DNA of 63,021 bases, the filler included, from Chiloscyllium plagiosum (Eukaryota), in the NCBI RefSeq assembly GCF_004010195.1. It is 4 parts of one record of this genome, joined end to end, with 100 filler letters (N's around TTAATTAATTAA, not from the genome) between each part and the next. Parts side by side here need not be neighbours in the genome. Positions count along the whole stretch, not along the records: positions 26,885 to 53,968 come from NC_057711.1; 3 more parts are not named here. One strand, given 5' to 3'. Below, one piece after another: positions 37,498 through 49,873 of the stretch. The position numbers were made by a program, and so were the translations under genes. The notes beneath the pieces are model-generated. The model worked only from the letters and a program-made list of their open reading frames with translations. It was not told where the DNA came from and did not search any database. How positions within the stretch are numbered: position 1 is the first letter of the stretch; every line of letters starts with the position of its first letter.

Positions 37498-38957
37498 AGG
37501 AGATTGTCTCCCTCGGTTTAGGGGACTGACTCTATGCTGACTGGTGTTAGTCAGTGTGTTACTGTTGGTTTCTACTTTTTTTGGAGGGGGAAACCTATTC
37601 CTGAACTGGCTGAATTATTTTGCCAGTTTGTTAACTGGCATTCCTTTTCGTGAGGACTGATTGTTAAACTCATAATGTTCATAATGTGTTTCAGGTGCAA
37701 CTCCATTCTCATTAGGTGATTGTTGTCTCAATGGCTGGTTACAATCTGTATGTTACTCTGTCCTTTTCTCAAAAAAGAAAAATGTTAATTTTGTGTTGGG
37801 GCTTAGCCCTTGGACTCTAGTTTTCTTTTTTTAATGTGTCTTCACTTTTAATTGGTGTTTGGACTGAGCCCTTGTGGAAGACATACATTTCACCAGAGGA
37901 GCTGTTCCTGTGGGGAGGCCTGGGACTGGGCCTCTGAAGATTGAACACCTGAGTGTGTGCTGGGAGGTGAGCACTTGCTGTATCCTGGAGTTTGGCAGCA
38001 GACCTTTCCTTGGGGAGTGGACCAAACCCCTGTGAGTTAACTGCACCTGTACAATGTACTGTGTTCCTGGGAGTGGGCCTGGTTTTCCAAGGCTGGGTTA
38101 GGACTCCATGGAGACTGAACACCTGTGTGCTGTGCATTTGCTGCCTTCAGGAGTGGACTCTGCCCTTGGTTGCGGACTCTGTTTTTAGCAACTGACTCTC
38201 CAGTTTGGAGTGGACTCTATTTCCGACAATGCACATTGTATACTGGAGTGGACTCTACCTGGAAATGGATTCTATATTTTGAAGACTGCATATAGATTTG
38301 TACTGTGTACCAGAAAGGACTGTTTTTGGTAACTAACTGTATTGTGGTGTTTCCTGGGTGTATCACCTGCACTGTCTTGTGCATCCCTGGGTCTGGCAGG
38401 CCTTGCTGTGAGCTGGGAGGCTCATGGGTTGTCCTGAAAGCTGTCACCCCGAGAGCCGAAGGGTGGGTAGGCCATCCTGTTAACCTGAAGGTTGGTAGGC
38501 TGTCCTGAAAGCCGGAAGGTGTGTAGGCTACCCTGATGCCAGTCGCCCTGAGTCAGATGGTGGGTAGGCCGTCCTGAGCACTGTCGTCCCAAGTAGGGGC
38601 AATCGGCATGGGCTGTCCTAGAGGTGGTTGAAAGGTGTGTCAGGGCAGACAGAGAACTGGAAGGGGCATGGGGTGGACCAAGAGCCGGAAGGTGGGTAGG
38701 GGCGGAGGCTTGATGGATCTGTATTGTATGCACTTTTTTTATGAAACTGGATTCTCCTCTTTTATGTACAAATGTCATTGTCACGGTCTTGTCATAAGTG
38801 AAACTGGGGATTTGAGGTTTGTCCTCATCTCCCTGTAAACTGGTTGAATGGTATGCTTTGGGCCTGGCTTTGCTGCTCCTTTCCCTTGTAAAATTGCTGT
38901 TGTATACAGCTGTAAATGTGAACTGTTTTGTAATTTGTTTGATAAAATATTATAAAC
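37498..38957 (+). repeat. Non-coding array unit 4 (~1.46 kb)
   Basis: Same start; lacks part of the GC-rich module block; ends gataaaatattataaac. Confidence 0.9.
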
Positions 38958-40411
38958 AGCAGATTCAGAGTCTCCTCAGTTTAGGGGACTGACGCTATGC
39001 TAGCTGGTGCTACAGTCAGTATATTACTGTTGGTTTCTGCTTCTCTTGTATTTGAGGGGAAAACCTGATTCCTGAACTGGCTGAATTATTTAGCCAGTTT
39101 GTTAACGTACATTCCTTTTTTAGTGAGGACAGATTGTTAAACTCCAGATACAGTGTTTCAGGTGTAACTCAGTTCTCATCAGGGGATTGTTGTTTCCCTG
39201 GCTGGTTACAGCTGGTGTGCTACTCTTTGTTCTTAAAGAGTAAAAAGAGATGTTAATTTTGTGGTAGGGCTTAGCCCTTGGACTCTAGTTTTCTGTTTTT
39301 TTGTATGAATCCTCACTGTTTTTGGTGTTTGGATTGAGCCCTTCTGGAAAACATTTTACCAGCGGAGCTGTTCCTGTGGGGAGGCCTATGACGGCCTGTG
39401 AAGATTGAACACCTGTGTGTGCTGGGAGGTGAGCACTTGCTGTATCCTGGAGTTCTGGAGAAGATCTTGCCTTCAGGAGTGGACCAAAAACTCCTGTGAG
39501 TTAACTGCACCTTTAAAATGTACGGTGTTCCTGTGAGTGGCCCTGGCTCTCCAAGGATGTGCTAGGACTCCATGGAGACTGAACACCTGTGGGGTGTGCA
39601 TTTGCTGCCTTCAGAAGTGGACACTGCAGTTTGGAGTGGACTCCATTTTGGACAATGCAGCACAAAAACTGGAGTAGACTCCATTCCTGAGAATGGACTG
39701 TACATTTAGAAGACTCTATTGGGACTGTGCACCAGAAAGGATTCTACCAAAAAAAAATTTACTGTGTATTGTTTTTGTTGGATTGATCACCTGCACTGTC
39801 GTGATATCCATGGGTCTGGTAGGCCTTATTGTGGGCTGGGAGGCTCATGCTTTGTCCTGAAAGCTGTCACCTCCAGCTAGAGGGTGGGTAGGCCATCCTG
39901 TGACCCTGAATGTTGGTAGGCTGTCCTGGAGGGTGGGTAGGCCACCCTGATGCCAGTCGCCCCCCGAGAGCCAGATGGTGGGTAGGCTGTTCTGAGCACT
40001 GTTGCCCAGAGAAGGGGTAATCGGGATGGGCTGTCCTAGAGGTGGTCGAAAGGTGTGTCAGGGCAGACCGAGAACTGGAAGGGGCATGGGGTGGATCTAG
40101 AGCCGAAGGTGCGTAGGGGTAGGTTGCCTTTAGAGTGGTCGAAAGGGAGGGATGGGTGCTTGCTGGGTCTGTTGTCTGCACTCCCTTTATGTAACTGGAT
40201 TGTCTTCTGTATAAAAGTCATTGTTGCTGTCACTGTCTTTTTCTAATTTGAAACTGGGCTTTGTGCTTTGTCCTCCATTCCCTGTGAACAGTAGGGTTTG
40301 GGGCCTAGCTTTGCTACTCCTCTCCCTTGTAAAATTGCTGTTGTATACAGCTGTAAATGTGAACTTTTTTTGTAAATTGTTTGGTAATTTGTTTAATAAA
40401 ACATTATAAAC
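38958..40411 (+). repeat. Non-coding array unit 5 (~1.45 kb)
   Basis: Starts agcagattcagagtc; ends aataaaacattataaac. Confidence 0.9.
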
Positions 40412-40413
40412 AG

Positions 40414-40659
40414 AACTGGAGAAGTGGGTGCCACAGGGAGTGGAGTGTATTATTTCCCCCTCCAACTCTACTTTGAGGGGGTGCCCTCCCCTTCACTGTT
40501 TGATCTCACAGCATTGCCCTTTGATGTGAAGGGTACTGCTTATCACAGGCGACTCTGGTGTTTCTTTTCTTCCTGGTGGTGGAAATTTGAATAAAGATTT
40601 GTGCACCTTGCGTCTCACAGCTGCACACTGTGCTGGGGAAGAAAAAAAACAAAAAAAAT
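40414..40659 (+). mobile_element. 5'-truncated Tx1-like (L1 superfamily) retroposon 3' end
   Basis: Reads LEKWVPQGVECIISPSNSTL, which from memory resembles the ORF2 C-terminus of fish/shark Tx1 elements; followed by 3'UTR with AATAAA and an A-rich tail abutting the LTR remainder. Confidence 0.6.
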
Positions 40660-40789
40660 AGGAATGTCAGGGGTTCTGCTCACTGTAGGAGCCCAACCTG
40701 AGCTAAGTGGATCAGTAACCGAACTGTGCACGTGCAAATAAAAGATGACTTGGTGACAGGATACCACCAGCCTCCTTGGAGTTATTTCA
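40660..40789 (+). mobile_element. Gypsy 3' LTR, R/U5 half
   Basis: aggaatgtcagggg...cccaac...tggatcagt...aaataaaa...gacttggtgacaggatac...ggagttatttCA. Shares cccaac and ctgct.act with the 5' LTR remnant. Confidence 0.75.
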
Positions 40790-41449
40790 GTCGGTACTCA
40801 AGGATACAATGTTTATTTTCCTGTCCAACTCCATTTTAATTTAACCCTTCACACTTCTCCTACCACTTCCTCACTTTTGATGGTTTGCATTGCCTGTAAT
40901 GGCCTTACTTATGAAGATCCAATTGGATTCATGGGTGATTTACTGGTAGCAAGTAAAATAAAAGTCAGTGATTTGGTGGTGTGAGAAAAAGCATTAATGT
41001 GTGTGTGATTGTACATCTGGATATAAAGGAATACATTTTTTTTAAAAAAAGCAGATCCTGGGTGGGCTGTTGTGATACAATGGTAGTGTCCCGCTTCTGA
41101 ACCAAATGACTCAGGGTCAAGCTCCACTTGTTCCAGAGGTATGATGAAAAATATTTATCTTTTTTGATTTTCCCCCTTCCCATTCTTCCTACATCTCTCT
41201 CACTTCTTTTGATGGTTTGCATTACTTTTAACAGGTTTTGCATGTGAATATCTAATTGGCTACATGGCTGATTTACTGGTGGTGTTTAATAGTTAAAACA
41301 GTTACATAATTTGGTGATGGGAACACTCCATCTACCAACTCAAGACGGAACAAAGCTATGGCTTACTAATCAGCAGCTCGCTTAAGTGCAGCAAAGTGTT
41401 ATCTAGCTTTTGGCTAACAAAACATGCGATGGGCCAGAAGAGATAAGGG

Positions 41450-41547
41450 AGCATCCTGCTCCTCGGATGCTGCCTGAACTGCTGTGCTTTTCCAGCACCA
41501 CTCTAATCTGGAATCTGGTTTCCAGCATCTGCAGTCGTTGCTTTTAC
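41450..41547 (+). mobile_element. 98-bp PLE pseudo-LTR fragment with 16-bp TSD
   Basis: TSD ccagaagagataaggg at 41434-41449 and 41548-41563. Confidence 0.8.
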
Positions 41548-43169
41548 CCAGAAGAGATAAGGGGACCATAATTCCCACTCCCTTGACTTTCTGCCTCCTG
41601 TCCTGTTGACTGAATCTGAGAAATCTTTGACACATATTAAACTAGAGGATTTCAGCAGTCAGATGGGAAAGAGTATTCTGTCTGTAGCTCTATTAAAGCC
41701 ACAATGACAGCACCAGGTAGGAGTAACAGGAAAAGGAAGAGAGAGGTTTTGTAGTTTCACAAGGGAAATCAATTGGGTGTTTCAAAGTGTGTTAAATTAT
41801 AACTGTTTTCATTAATGTTTATGCATTATAAACTTTGCTTCAAAGCACCATTGTTCAGTCATCTCCATTGTTGCCTGTTGCTGAGGATGGGTGTCAGTGG
41901 GAGGAATGTTTTGTTGGCTGCGGAATTGCTTTTATGTTGAGTGGGATCGGAAGAGTACTTTCAGAATTGATCTTCCAGATGGCTGCATTGCTTCAGATTA
42001 ATGTCTGAATGAATCTGTACTGTACAACCCCCCGAACTTTTATTTGTGGCTGCTGGTACCCTAGGCACAGTGGATTTCTCCTTTGTGTTTTCATCTCGTT
42101 CTTCCTCTGAAGATGCAGAGCAGTCTTCACCTTCATGTTTCTGCAAATTCAGTCCTCTCTCAGTTTTACATTGTGCGCACATGTCAACAGCAAGTTGATG
42201 TTCAGTTGTAGGAGTGTGATTGAAGGTTATATTTACTGTAAATGGATACAAAATAGAATCCCAGTTATGGCAGATTGAAGGAAAAATGTAAGAATTTAAA
42301 TAATCTGTGTCATTGAAAAAGGGTGGGGTTTTTTTATGCTTTGCCCAATCCAACACAAGCAACCCATGCTTTAAAAGTAGCAAAATAATATCCAGCAATC
42401 TTCTAACTTGACAGTTTCAGCTTCATTCTTCAGTTTAATTTATTGTTTGCAGAAGCAACATATAATACTTGGATTCATTAAAAATGTCTTCTTTTTATCA
42501 GCAGCTCTGAAATGGAATGCAATTGGCTGCTATGAAATAGATTCCAAGGGTAGTGCATACTGGAAGAGGAGTTGCTCTGCAGGAACTTGTTTTACCTCTA
42601 TTTCATCTGCCATTATATATTTCACTTGATGTCTCAGTGGAATACTCCAATTACCTCTATCCCATCCAGGATAAAGTACTAGTAATTATATTTTCTTTCT
42701 CCGAAATATGTACAATTTTTATGTTGAATGACGGCAAATCTAATCTCCATCTGAATAATCTTGAAGTTTTATGTTTAAACTTATCAATGAAATAAATAGT
42801 GTTTCTGTAGTGTTCATAAAGTCTGAATTGTTAAAGAATTGTTAACACCTCCAACATTTCTAATTTCATTGTCAAAATATGCTGGGATGTTCTTAACTTC
42901 CAATGGAATAACTCAACATTGCTACAATCCATTAGATGTGAGAAATGCAGAAATACCATCCACTCTCATTTGCCATCAGTATTTGCCATATCCTTTTAAC
43001 AAAATAATTTTATAAAACCATGCAATCTTCTAGTCTGGGAATAGGGCATGAATCCATCCTTGTGACTGCATTCACTTTCATGTAGTCTACACATATTCTA
43101 ATTGAACCATCTGGTTTAGCAACTAACACTACAGAAGAACACCACTTTCAGTGAGTTGGTTCAATCAAT

Positions 43170-44970
43170 TCCCAAACATAGACTGGGACTACCATAGTGT
43201 TAAGGGTTTAGATGGGGAGGAATCTGTTCAGCCTGTACGAGAAAATGTTCTGATTCAGAATGTGGATGTATCTACTAGAGAAGGTGCAAAACTTGGCCTA
43301 CTCTTGGGAAATAGAGCAGGGCAAGTGACTGAAGGGTCTGTGGGGGAGCTCTTTGCGGCCAGTGACCATAATTCTATTAGTTTTAAAATAGTGATGAAAA
43401 TGATAGACCAGATCTAACAGTTGAAGTTCTAAATTGGAGGACGGCTAATTTTGACGGTATTAGGCAAGAACATTCAAAAGCTGATTAGGGACAGCTGTTT
43501 GAGGCTGGAAAATGGGGAGCCTTCAGAAATGAGATAATGAGAATCCAGAGATGGGTTGAAAGGAAAAGCTAGTTGGTGTAGGGAATGCTGGATGATGAGA
43601 GAAATTGAAGTTTTGGTTTAAGAAAAAGAAAGAAGCATATGTCAAGTATAGACAAGAAAGCTTGAGTGAATCCTTAGAGTATAAAGGCAGTAGGAGTTTA
43701 CTTAAGAGGGAAATCAGGAGGGCAAAAAGGGAACATGAGGTAGCTTTGGCAAAGAGGGTTAAGGAGAATCCAAAGGGTTTTTATAAATACATTTAAGGAT
43801 GAAAGGCTAACCAGGGAGAGAATAGGGCCCCTTAAAGATCAGTAAGGCAGCCTATGTGTGGAGCCACCGGAGATGGGGGAGATATTAAACAAGCATTTTG
43901 CATCAGTGTTTACTGTGGAGAAGGACATGGAAGATATAGAATATGGGGAAAGAGATGGTGACATCTTGAAAAATGTCCATATTACATAGCAGGAGGTGCT
44001 GGATGTCTTGAAACAAATAAAAGTCGATAAATCCCCAAGACCTATCAGGTGTACCCTAGAACTCTGTGGGAAGCTAGGGAAGTGATTGCTGGGCCCTTTG
44101 CTGAGATACTTGTATCATGGATAGTTACAGGTGAGGTGCCAGAAGACTGGAGGTTGCTAACGTGGTGCCACTATTTAAGAAAGGTGGTAAGGCAAAGCCA
44201 GGGAACTGATATCAGTGGTGGGCAAGTTGTTGAGGGGAATCCTAAGGGACAGGATTTACATGTATTTGGAAAGACAAGAATTGATTATGGATGTTCAACT
44301 TGGCTTTGTGTGTGGGAAATCATGTCTCACAAACTTGATTGAGTTTTTGAAGGAGTAACAAAGAGGACTGATGAGGGCAGAGCGGTGGATGTGATCTATA
44401 TGGACTTCAGTAAGGCGTTTGACAAGATTCCTCATGGAATACTGGTTAGCAAGGTTAGATCTCATGGAAAACAAGAAGAACTAGCCATTTGATACAGAAC
44501 TGGCTCGAAGGTAGAAGACAGAGGGTGGTGGTGGACGGTTGTTCTTCAGACTGGAGGCCTGTGATCAGTGGTATGCCACAAGAATTGGTGCCAGGTCCAC
44601 TATTTTGCATCATTTACATAAATGATTTGGATGTGAACATAGGAGGTTTAGTTAGTAAGTTTGCCATTGATACCAAAATTGGAGGTGTAGTGGACAGCAA
44701 AATACAATGGGATCGTGATCAAATGGGCCAGTGGGCTGAGGAGTGGCAGACTGAGTTTAATTTAGATAAATGAGAGGTGTTGTATTTTGGAAAAGCAAAT
44801 CAGAACAGGACTTATACACTTAGTTGTAAGATCCTGGGAAGTGTAGCTGAACAAAGAGACTTTGGAGTGCAGGTTCATAGTTCCTTGAAAGTAGAGTCGC
44901 AGATAGATGGGATAGTGAAGAAGGCATTTGGTATGCTTTTCTTTATTGGTCAGTGCATTTAGTATAGGAG
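43170..44970 (+). mobile_element. Decayed CR1 LINE ORF2 fragment
   Basis: FPNIDW, ASDHN, KENPKGFY, YINDLD...KFAIDTKIG. Confidence 0.88.
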
Positions 44971-44999
44971 ACATACTATCTTGCTCCTTACCTTGTTTT

Positions 45000-46600
45000 G
45001 AGAAGTTTTTAAATGTTACAGTACAATTCTACATATTTGAACAATGAAGATTCATTTTTCTTGCTTAGCAATTGATCGCTAATCAGGTTTTCACCATTCA
45101 TGGCCATAAACAAATACAAATAGGCTTAAGCCGACAGATTTATTTGGAGAATCTCTGGTTGCAAATAAGCGAAAATCTAATCCTTTGACTCAATCCTTTG
45201 GGCACTCATAAGAATATGTTTGATCGTGGCTTTGAGAGTTTGGTGAAAAAGATTTGACATAAAGTGCGTCCTTGATCAGACTGTACCTCACTGGTAAACA
45301 ATGATGAGTGAAAAATTGGGTGAGCTTCTTCCACAACTATTTTAGCTTTGACTTTTCTTAACGAAGTAGCCTCTGGAAATCAAGTAATCATATCCACAAT
45401 GGTAAAGATATATTCATTTGCGGCTTTTGTTCTAGATAATGCACTACACGATTTATGAGTACACAACTGCATTGTTCCTCAAAACGGGTATAACAATTCA
45501 CACTGTTTAATCACATGTTGAGGTTTGCCTTCAAGCTGACATGTATGACACATTTTAGAAACCTGCACCACATTATTATCCAACTTTGGCCAAGTAAAAT
45601 ACCTATTTATGAACACCTGAGTTTCCGAATCCCTACATGTCCTGCCATGGAAATCTCATGTGCTACTCGCAATATCTCCCTCAGATAGCTGGGCAGAATC
45701 ATGACTTGATGTGAACCAACTATTCTTCATCTGTGGATCTATGAAAGGGTCTCCACTTCCTCATAGGCACTCCATTATTTAGATGATGCACTCTGCAGTT
45801 CCTTTGGCCTCTACCTCAGTTTGAGCTGACTGTGCTAATTTATTTAATTCAAGATCTGCTTTTTTGTGCTGTAATGTGGAATGTTCTACCAAACACTCCA
45901 CCTGGATTATTTTCACCTTTCAGAAAACTCTTAGCTGTCCTTTCACTGTCTTGTGGTATCATATCAACCCACACTGATGGATTTTGTTTTACCATTGCCC
46001 TGGCTACCTATGCAAAGAAAAGATACCAGTAACCTATCCCTATAATTGTTTTGTTTCTTGTCCATCCTTTGGGCATTCAGTAATTATCAGTGAAACTACT
46101 AGCTTTACTCCTGCCAAATCATTTGCCAGAAGTAAATCTACTCCCTCAACAGAATTTTTACTACTCAAAGTTACTTTTCTGAATAACGAAACACATTTTT
46201 GTTGTACATTATAAAATGGAACTGGAATATATTCTCCAACAATTCCATTTATTAATACCTTCGCTGTACTCAAATGCTCTGGTGGGAAAAGTCCAAAAAA
46301 GTGATTGTGTTACCCCTGTACCTTTTTAGTGTGGTTATGGGTTTAGTTACCTCACCTGAAGAAAAAAGTCACCGTTCCTTTTGACAAAAGTCATGTATAC
46401 CTTTTCATCTACCTTGCAACTTCATTTACTAATGACAGAATTCACCTCTGGCCTTTTCTTATGGATAGAGCTACAGTCTGGTCTGTAGTATTATGTTTTT
46501 GCATTCCCTCTGTAAATAAGTTTTACTTACTCTTAATCTAACATCAAACACTCCAAATGCACACGTCCCAAATTATTACAATGAAAGCAAAAAGATTCCA
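45000..46600 (-). mobile_element. Decayed Gypsy pol fragment with protease directly followed by integrase (Gmr1-like order)
   Basis: Protease-like ...VEGVDLLLANDLAG (46040-46273), then integrase zinc finger EILRVAHEISMAGHVGIRK...YFTWP...CHTCQ (~45520-45720) and core; no RT between them. Confidence 0.6.
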
Positions 46601-49600
46601 AACTTCACCTCCACCTGATAAGCTGATTAATATGTATAATTTAAACTTGGAACATCTGTTTGCAGCCCCATTCTCACAAAAGACAGACATAGAAACAAAC
46701 AGTTATGGGATAAGTAAGAGAAAATAATAAAGATAGCTAGATTTTTTTAAATGTCCTTTACAATGGATTGTTAACAGGGATAAATGAGGACTCTTTGTCA
46801 GTTTTTCAGTGATACCTTCCCATTTCACCCTGCCAAAGGCAGCAATACTTCTAACTCAGTTTTCTTATTTTTAGGCTTCCAGAATCTGGTGTATCAGATT
46901 AGGCAGGGAGCTGTGATCAAGTGAGCTCAAAACTGAACATTCTAAATTGACTCACAGCTGGAGAAATTGGGCCTGACAGCAATTTGGTCAAACTAAATTT
47001 ACCAGCAGCCACCAGCTGTCAACTGCAGAGAACAGTGGAAACCAAAGTGGAAGAGCTCTCAAAGATTCAGAGGGTTGCATAGTGGAGAAACATTGATCAA
47101 ATCTCCTGGCACCTTGACTTCTAGCCAGTGCCTGAGAATGCACACTTCATACCTCCCAGCATAGCAACACTTAAGGGTGTTGGCATTGGATGCTTTGAAT
47201 CAATCTCATGGCCTATTGGCCAAAGGCCACAAAACATTTACAAAAATCTGGTGCAAGGGAGGATAAAAACACAAACCTGGAAGCCTCCCCCATAGCAAAG
47301 TTTTGCAGCAAAAACACAACCAGGCCCAGCAGCGGAGCTTCGATCATGTGAAGATAATGTTAAGTTCCACCCTTACCTGTAAGATTCAATTTCGTGGAAG
47401 AGACCCCAGCCCTACATCTGAGTGGAAGGAGATCCAATGGCCCATCTCTAATGTGGATTGTTGCAAGTAATGTCCTTTCTCAGATTGATTGAGCTGGATG
47501 GAGAGTGAATATTGTAGGAATTTGGAAAATGCTCACTTGGTGTTTTTAATAAGGGTTATTTTGTTAATAAAATTGAGTTGAACAGCAAACCAAATTCTGT
47601 GACCCTTTATCTACCTCACTGACAGTGAGGTCAAGAGTGCTTTGGTGACATGTTTTTAATACACAAACTGGACAAAGTGTGTCCCAAGTATGGAAAACAG
47701 ATTTTTCAAATCTTCATGCTGTCTGAACAACATTCCAAAACCATCTCAAAGAAAGCATAAAGGTAACTCAGCCAATACAGTCGCTCTGTACTGCAAACCA
47801 GCCATCCAGCTAAAAGTACAACTTGAATTTTGGTTCTGCCCTGGTAGATTGATTGACTCTCCATGAGGCCTCAGTCACCATTCAACAACTGTCATCTGTT
47901 TGAACATAGTGTCTCCTTCAGAGCTGCTGGAACCAACTCCCAGCTACTTTCCTCATTAATAGCCAACTTTCTGTTGTCTGAGTAAACACAATGTTCTTCC
48001 CAGGAGTCACTGTGTCTGTTGGAACCTTTTAATCAAGGTTCAGTTGCAATTAGCCTCCAGTTTTGGCCTTACAAACAAACAACTCTTGCCTCACCTCTTC
48101 ATTTCTTTTTAACCCCAGATGTCCCAAAGTCCATCAATCATTTCTAGCTCATAATTCAAATTTGAAAAAAAGAATAAAATAATGAAAAATCAGCAAGAGT
48201 TATATAACATTAAGTATCGCATCCTTCTTTCATTTCAAATTGTTCTCCTTATTACAAAGTACTCCAATTCTGTTCACACAAGTTGACATGTTTCATATCT
48301 TTTTTTAATTATTCAGAAATATGATTCCTCAACAGGGCTCAACACTGTGTTGTAGCACTTGTAATTGTTCACTAACAGAACTGATCCATAATACATCATT
48401 GACAAATGTGGCATATTTCTGGGCCAGTGGCAGCAGGGAGAATAAGAATGAGGCTAATAAGAATTTTAGGGCTTTGACAGCTAATGAGAGACCACCAGTT
48501 CTGATAGTCATGTTGGATGATGGGACAAAAATACTTCAGAGACACCAATAATGAGAGGTATGACTGGTGAGGGAGGGTTTGACCAGTTTGTACAGCAAAT
48601 TCTATTATAATTACTAGTGTTAGAATTCCTAAAATAAAATTGTTGATTTAAAAAAAATGACAGCAGGACATCAAGTGAAGTTGACAGAGTGTAAAGGGGT
48701 AGTTTTCCAGGCTTTCACCTGATGGAATGAAATAATGCTTGAAAAATTATTGGCATGCTCTTGAAGTCCTAACACTAGATTCCACAGCATCCTCACCTCA
48801 ACTTAGATAGTATGTCTACTGAAATGAAAATTTGGCTTCCATGAGAGAAATTAGACAACTCTTTTTTTTTTAGTACTGTATTAGAGAGAGGGTATGCCTG
48901 AATCCAGTCAAACTCATGACCCAGGATTTGTTTTCTGCCTGTCTCATGCTCACCGAGTGTTTTTGATTTACCCTTGAGAAAGCACACCACTGTCCAGTTA
49001 TGCAGAGTCAGCTTTAGGACAGTTCCATCTAAAAATTATTGTTTGCATTACCATGTACCCTCACTTCTTTAATCACATCCCCTATATTTCTTTACCTTTC
49101 AATTTGTTTTCTTCATGTTGTTGACGTCCCAAATGTTGCTATTTAATCTAAGTATAGCTTTGGTTTATTGACAATATCATTGTCTCTGTAATTGTACTAT
49201 AGCAAATTAACCCACAGTGTGTATTTGTATAAATCATTGTGGGCCCATGAAAAGAATGCACATAAAGTCAAATTTAGATGATTGTACAGGTCTCAAAAGG
49301 CAATAGGATATAAGAGAGCTATGGTAAAGGTAAAGCCAGGAATGGATTTGCATTGCTTGTATTTTATGCTTCCATGAGCTAATTAAAATTAATTGAAAGA
49401 GTTCATTATTAATTACAAATTTAAATAAAGAGAAATATATAGATTTCTGTTTTGTTTAAATATAGCTTTTGATATTGGTCTAACTTTTAGAAATCTCCGA
49501 TTTGGCTCATTTAAAAATTGACCATCTGGTCAAAAGTTCGATGAGTTGAGAAACTATTTGAACAATATACTGTAATTGAAGTGACCATGGAATTTGGAAG

Positions 49601-49873
49601 ATTGGCATGATGTGCTTTGATCTGTATTGTCTGTGATGTGCCAGGGGGTGTGATAGGCAGCAACTAGTCAGAATAGAATAACAGGATTATATGTTGATTT
49701 TTATATTACTGTTTTATGAGACAGTATAAGTATAAAATGATTCGAATATGTACTTTGATCGATGAATCCTTTGATAATCAAACTTGTCTTTGTGATTTCA
49801 TAATATAGTTGAACATGAATAAACTTCTTTTTAAATGCATGGAAGGAAATATATTTGGAATACACTGACGATC

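Larger units (their letters stand above)
27687..40789 (+). mobile_element. Decayed Gypsy LTR retrotransposon whose 3' LTR is split by a 9.6-kb insert stack
   Basis: 5' LTR remnant 27687-27781; gag remnant ~28050-28170; RT (VPFALR...KPDGSVHLCGEFK...YPVP); RNase H (DASPY...QIEKEGLAVIF); integrase (WPSKPWTWLHIDYAGPF...LVTDNG); PPT ~30940-30951; 3' LTR TG at 30953, CA at 40789. Confidence 0.85.

Noticed and set aside
31751..40465. Many recurring 60-170-aa ORFs in the array (e.g. ...PWKTRPTHRN..., ...RVWGLALLLLSLVKLLLY...)
   Set aside because: They recur only because the DNA is repeated; frames and stops differ between units and no domain is recognisable.
48318..48557. Plus-strand exon-like segment with a Cys-rich ORF (MIPQQGSTLCCSTCNCS...)
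   Set aside because: No recognisable homology and stops before the putative donor; cannot be supported without a search.
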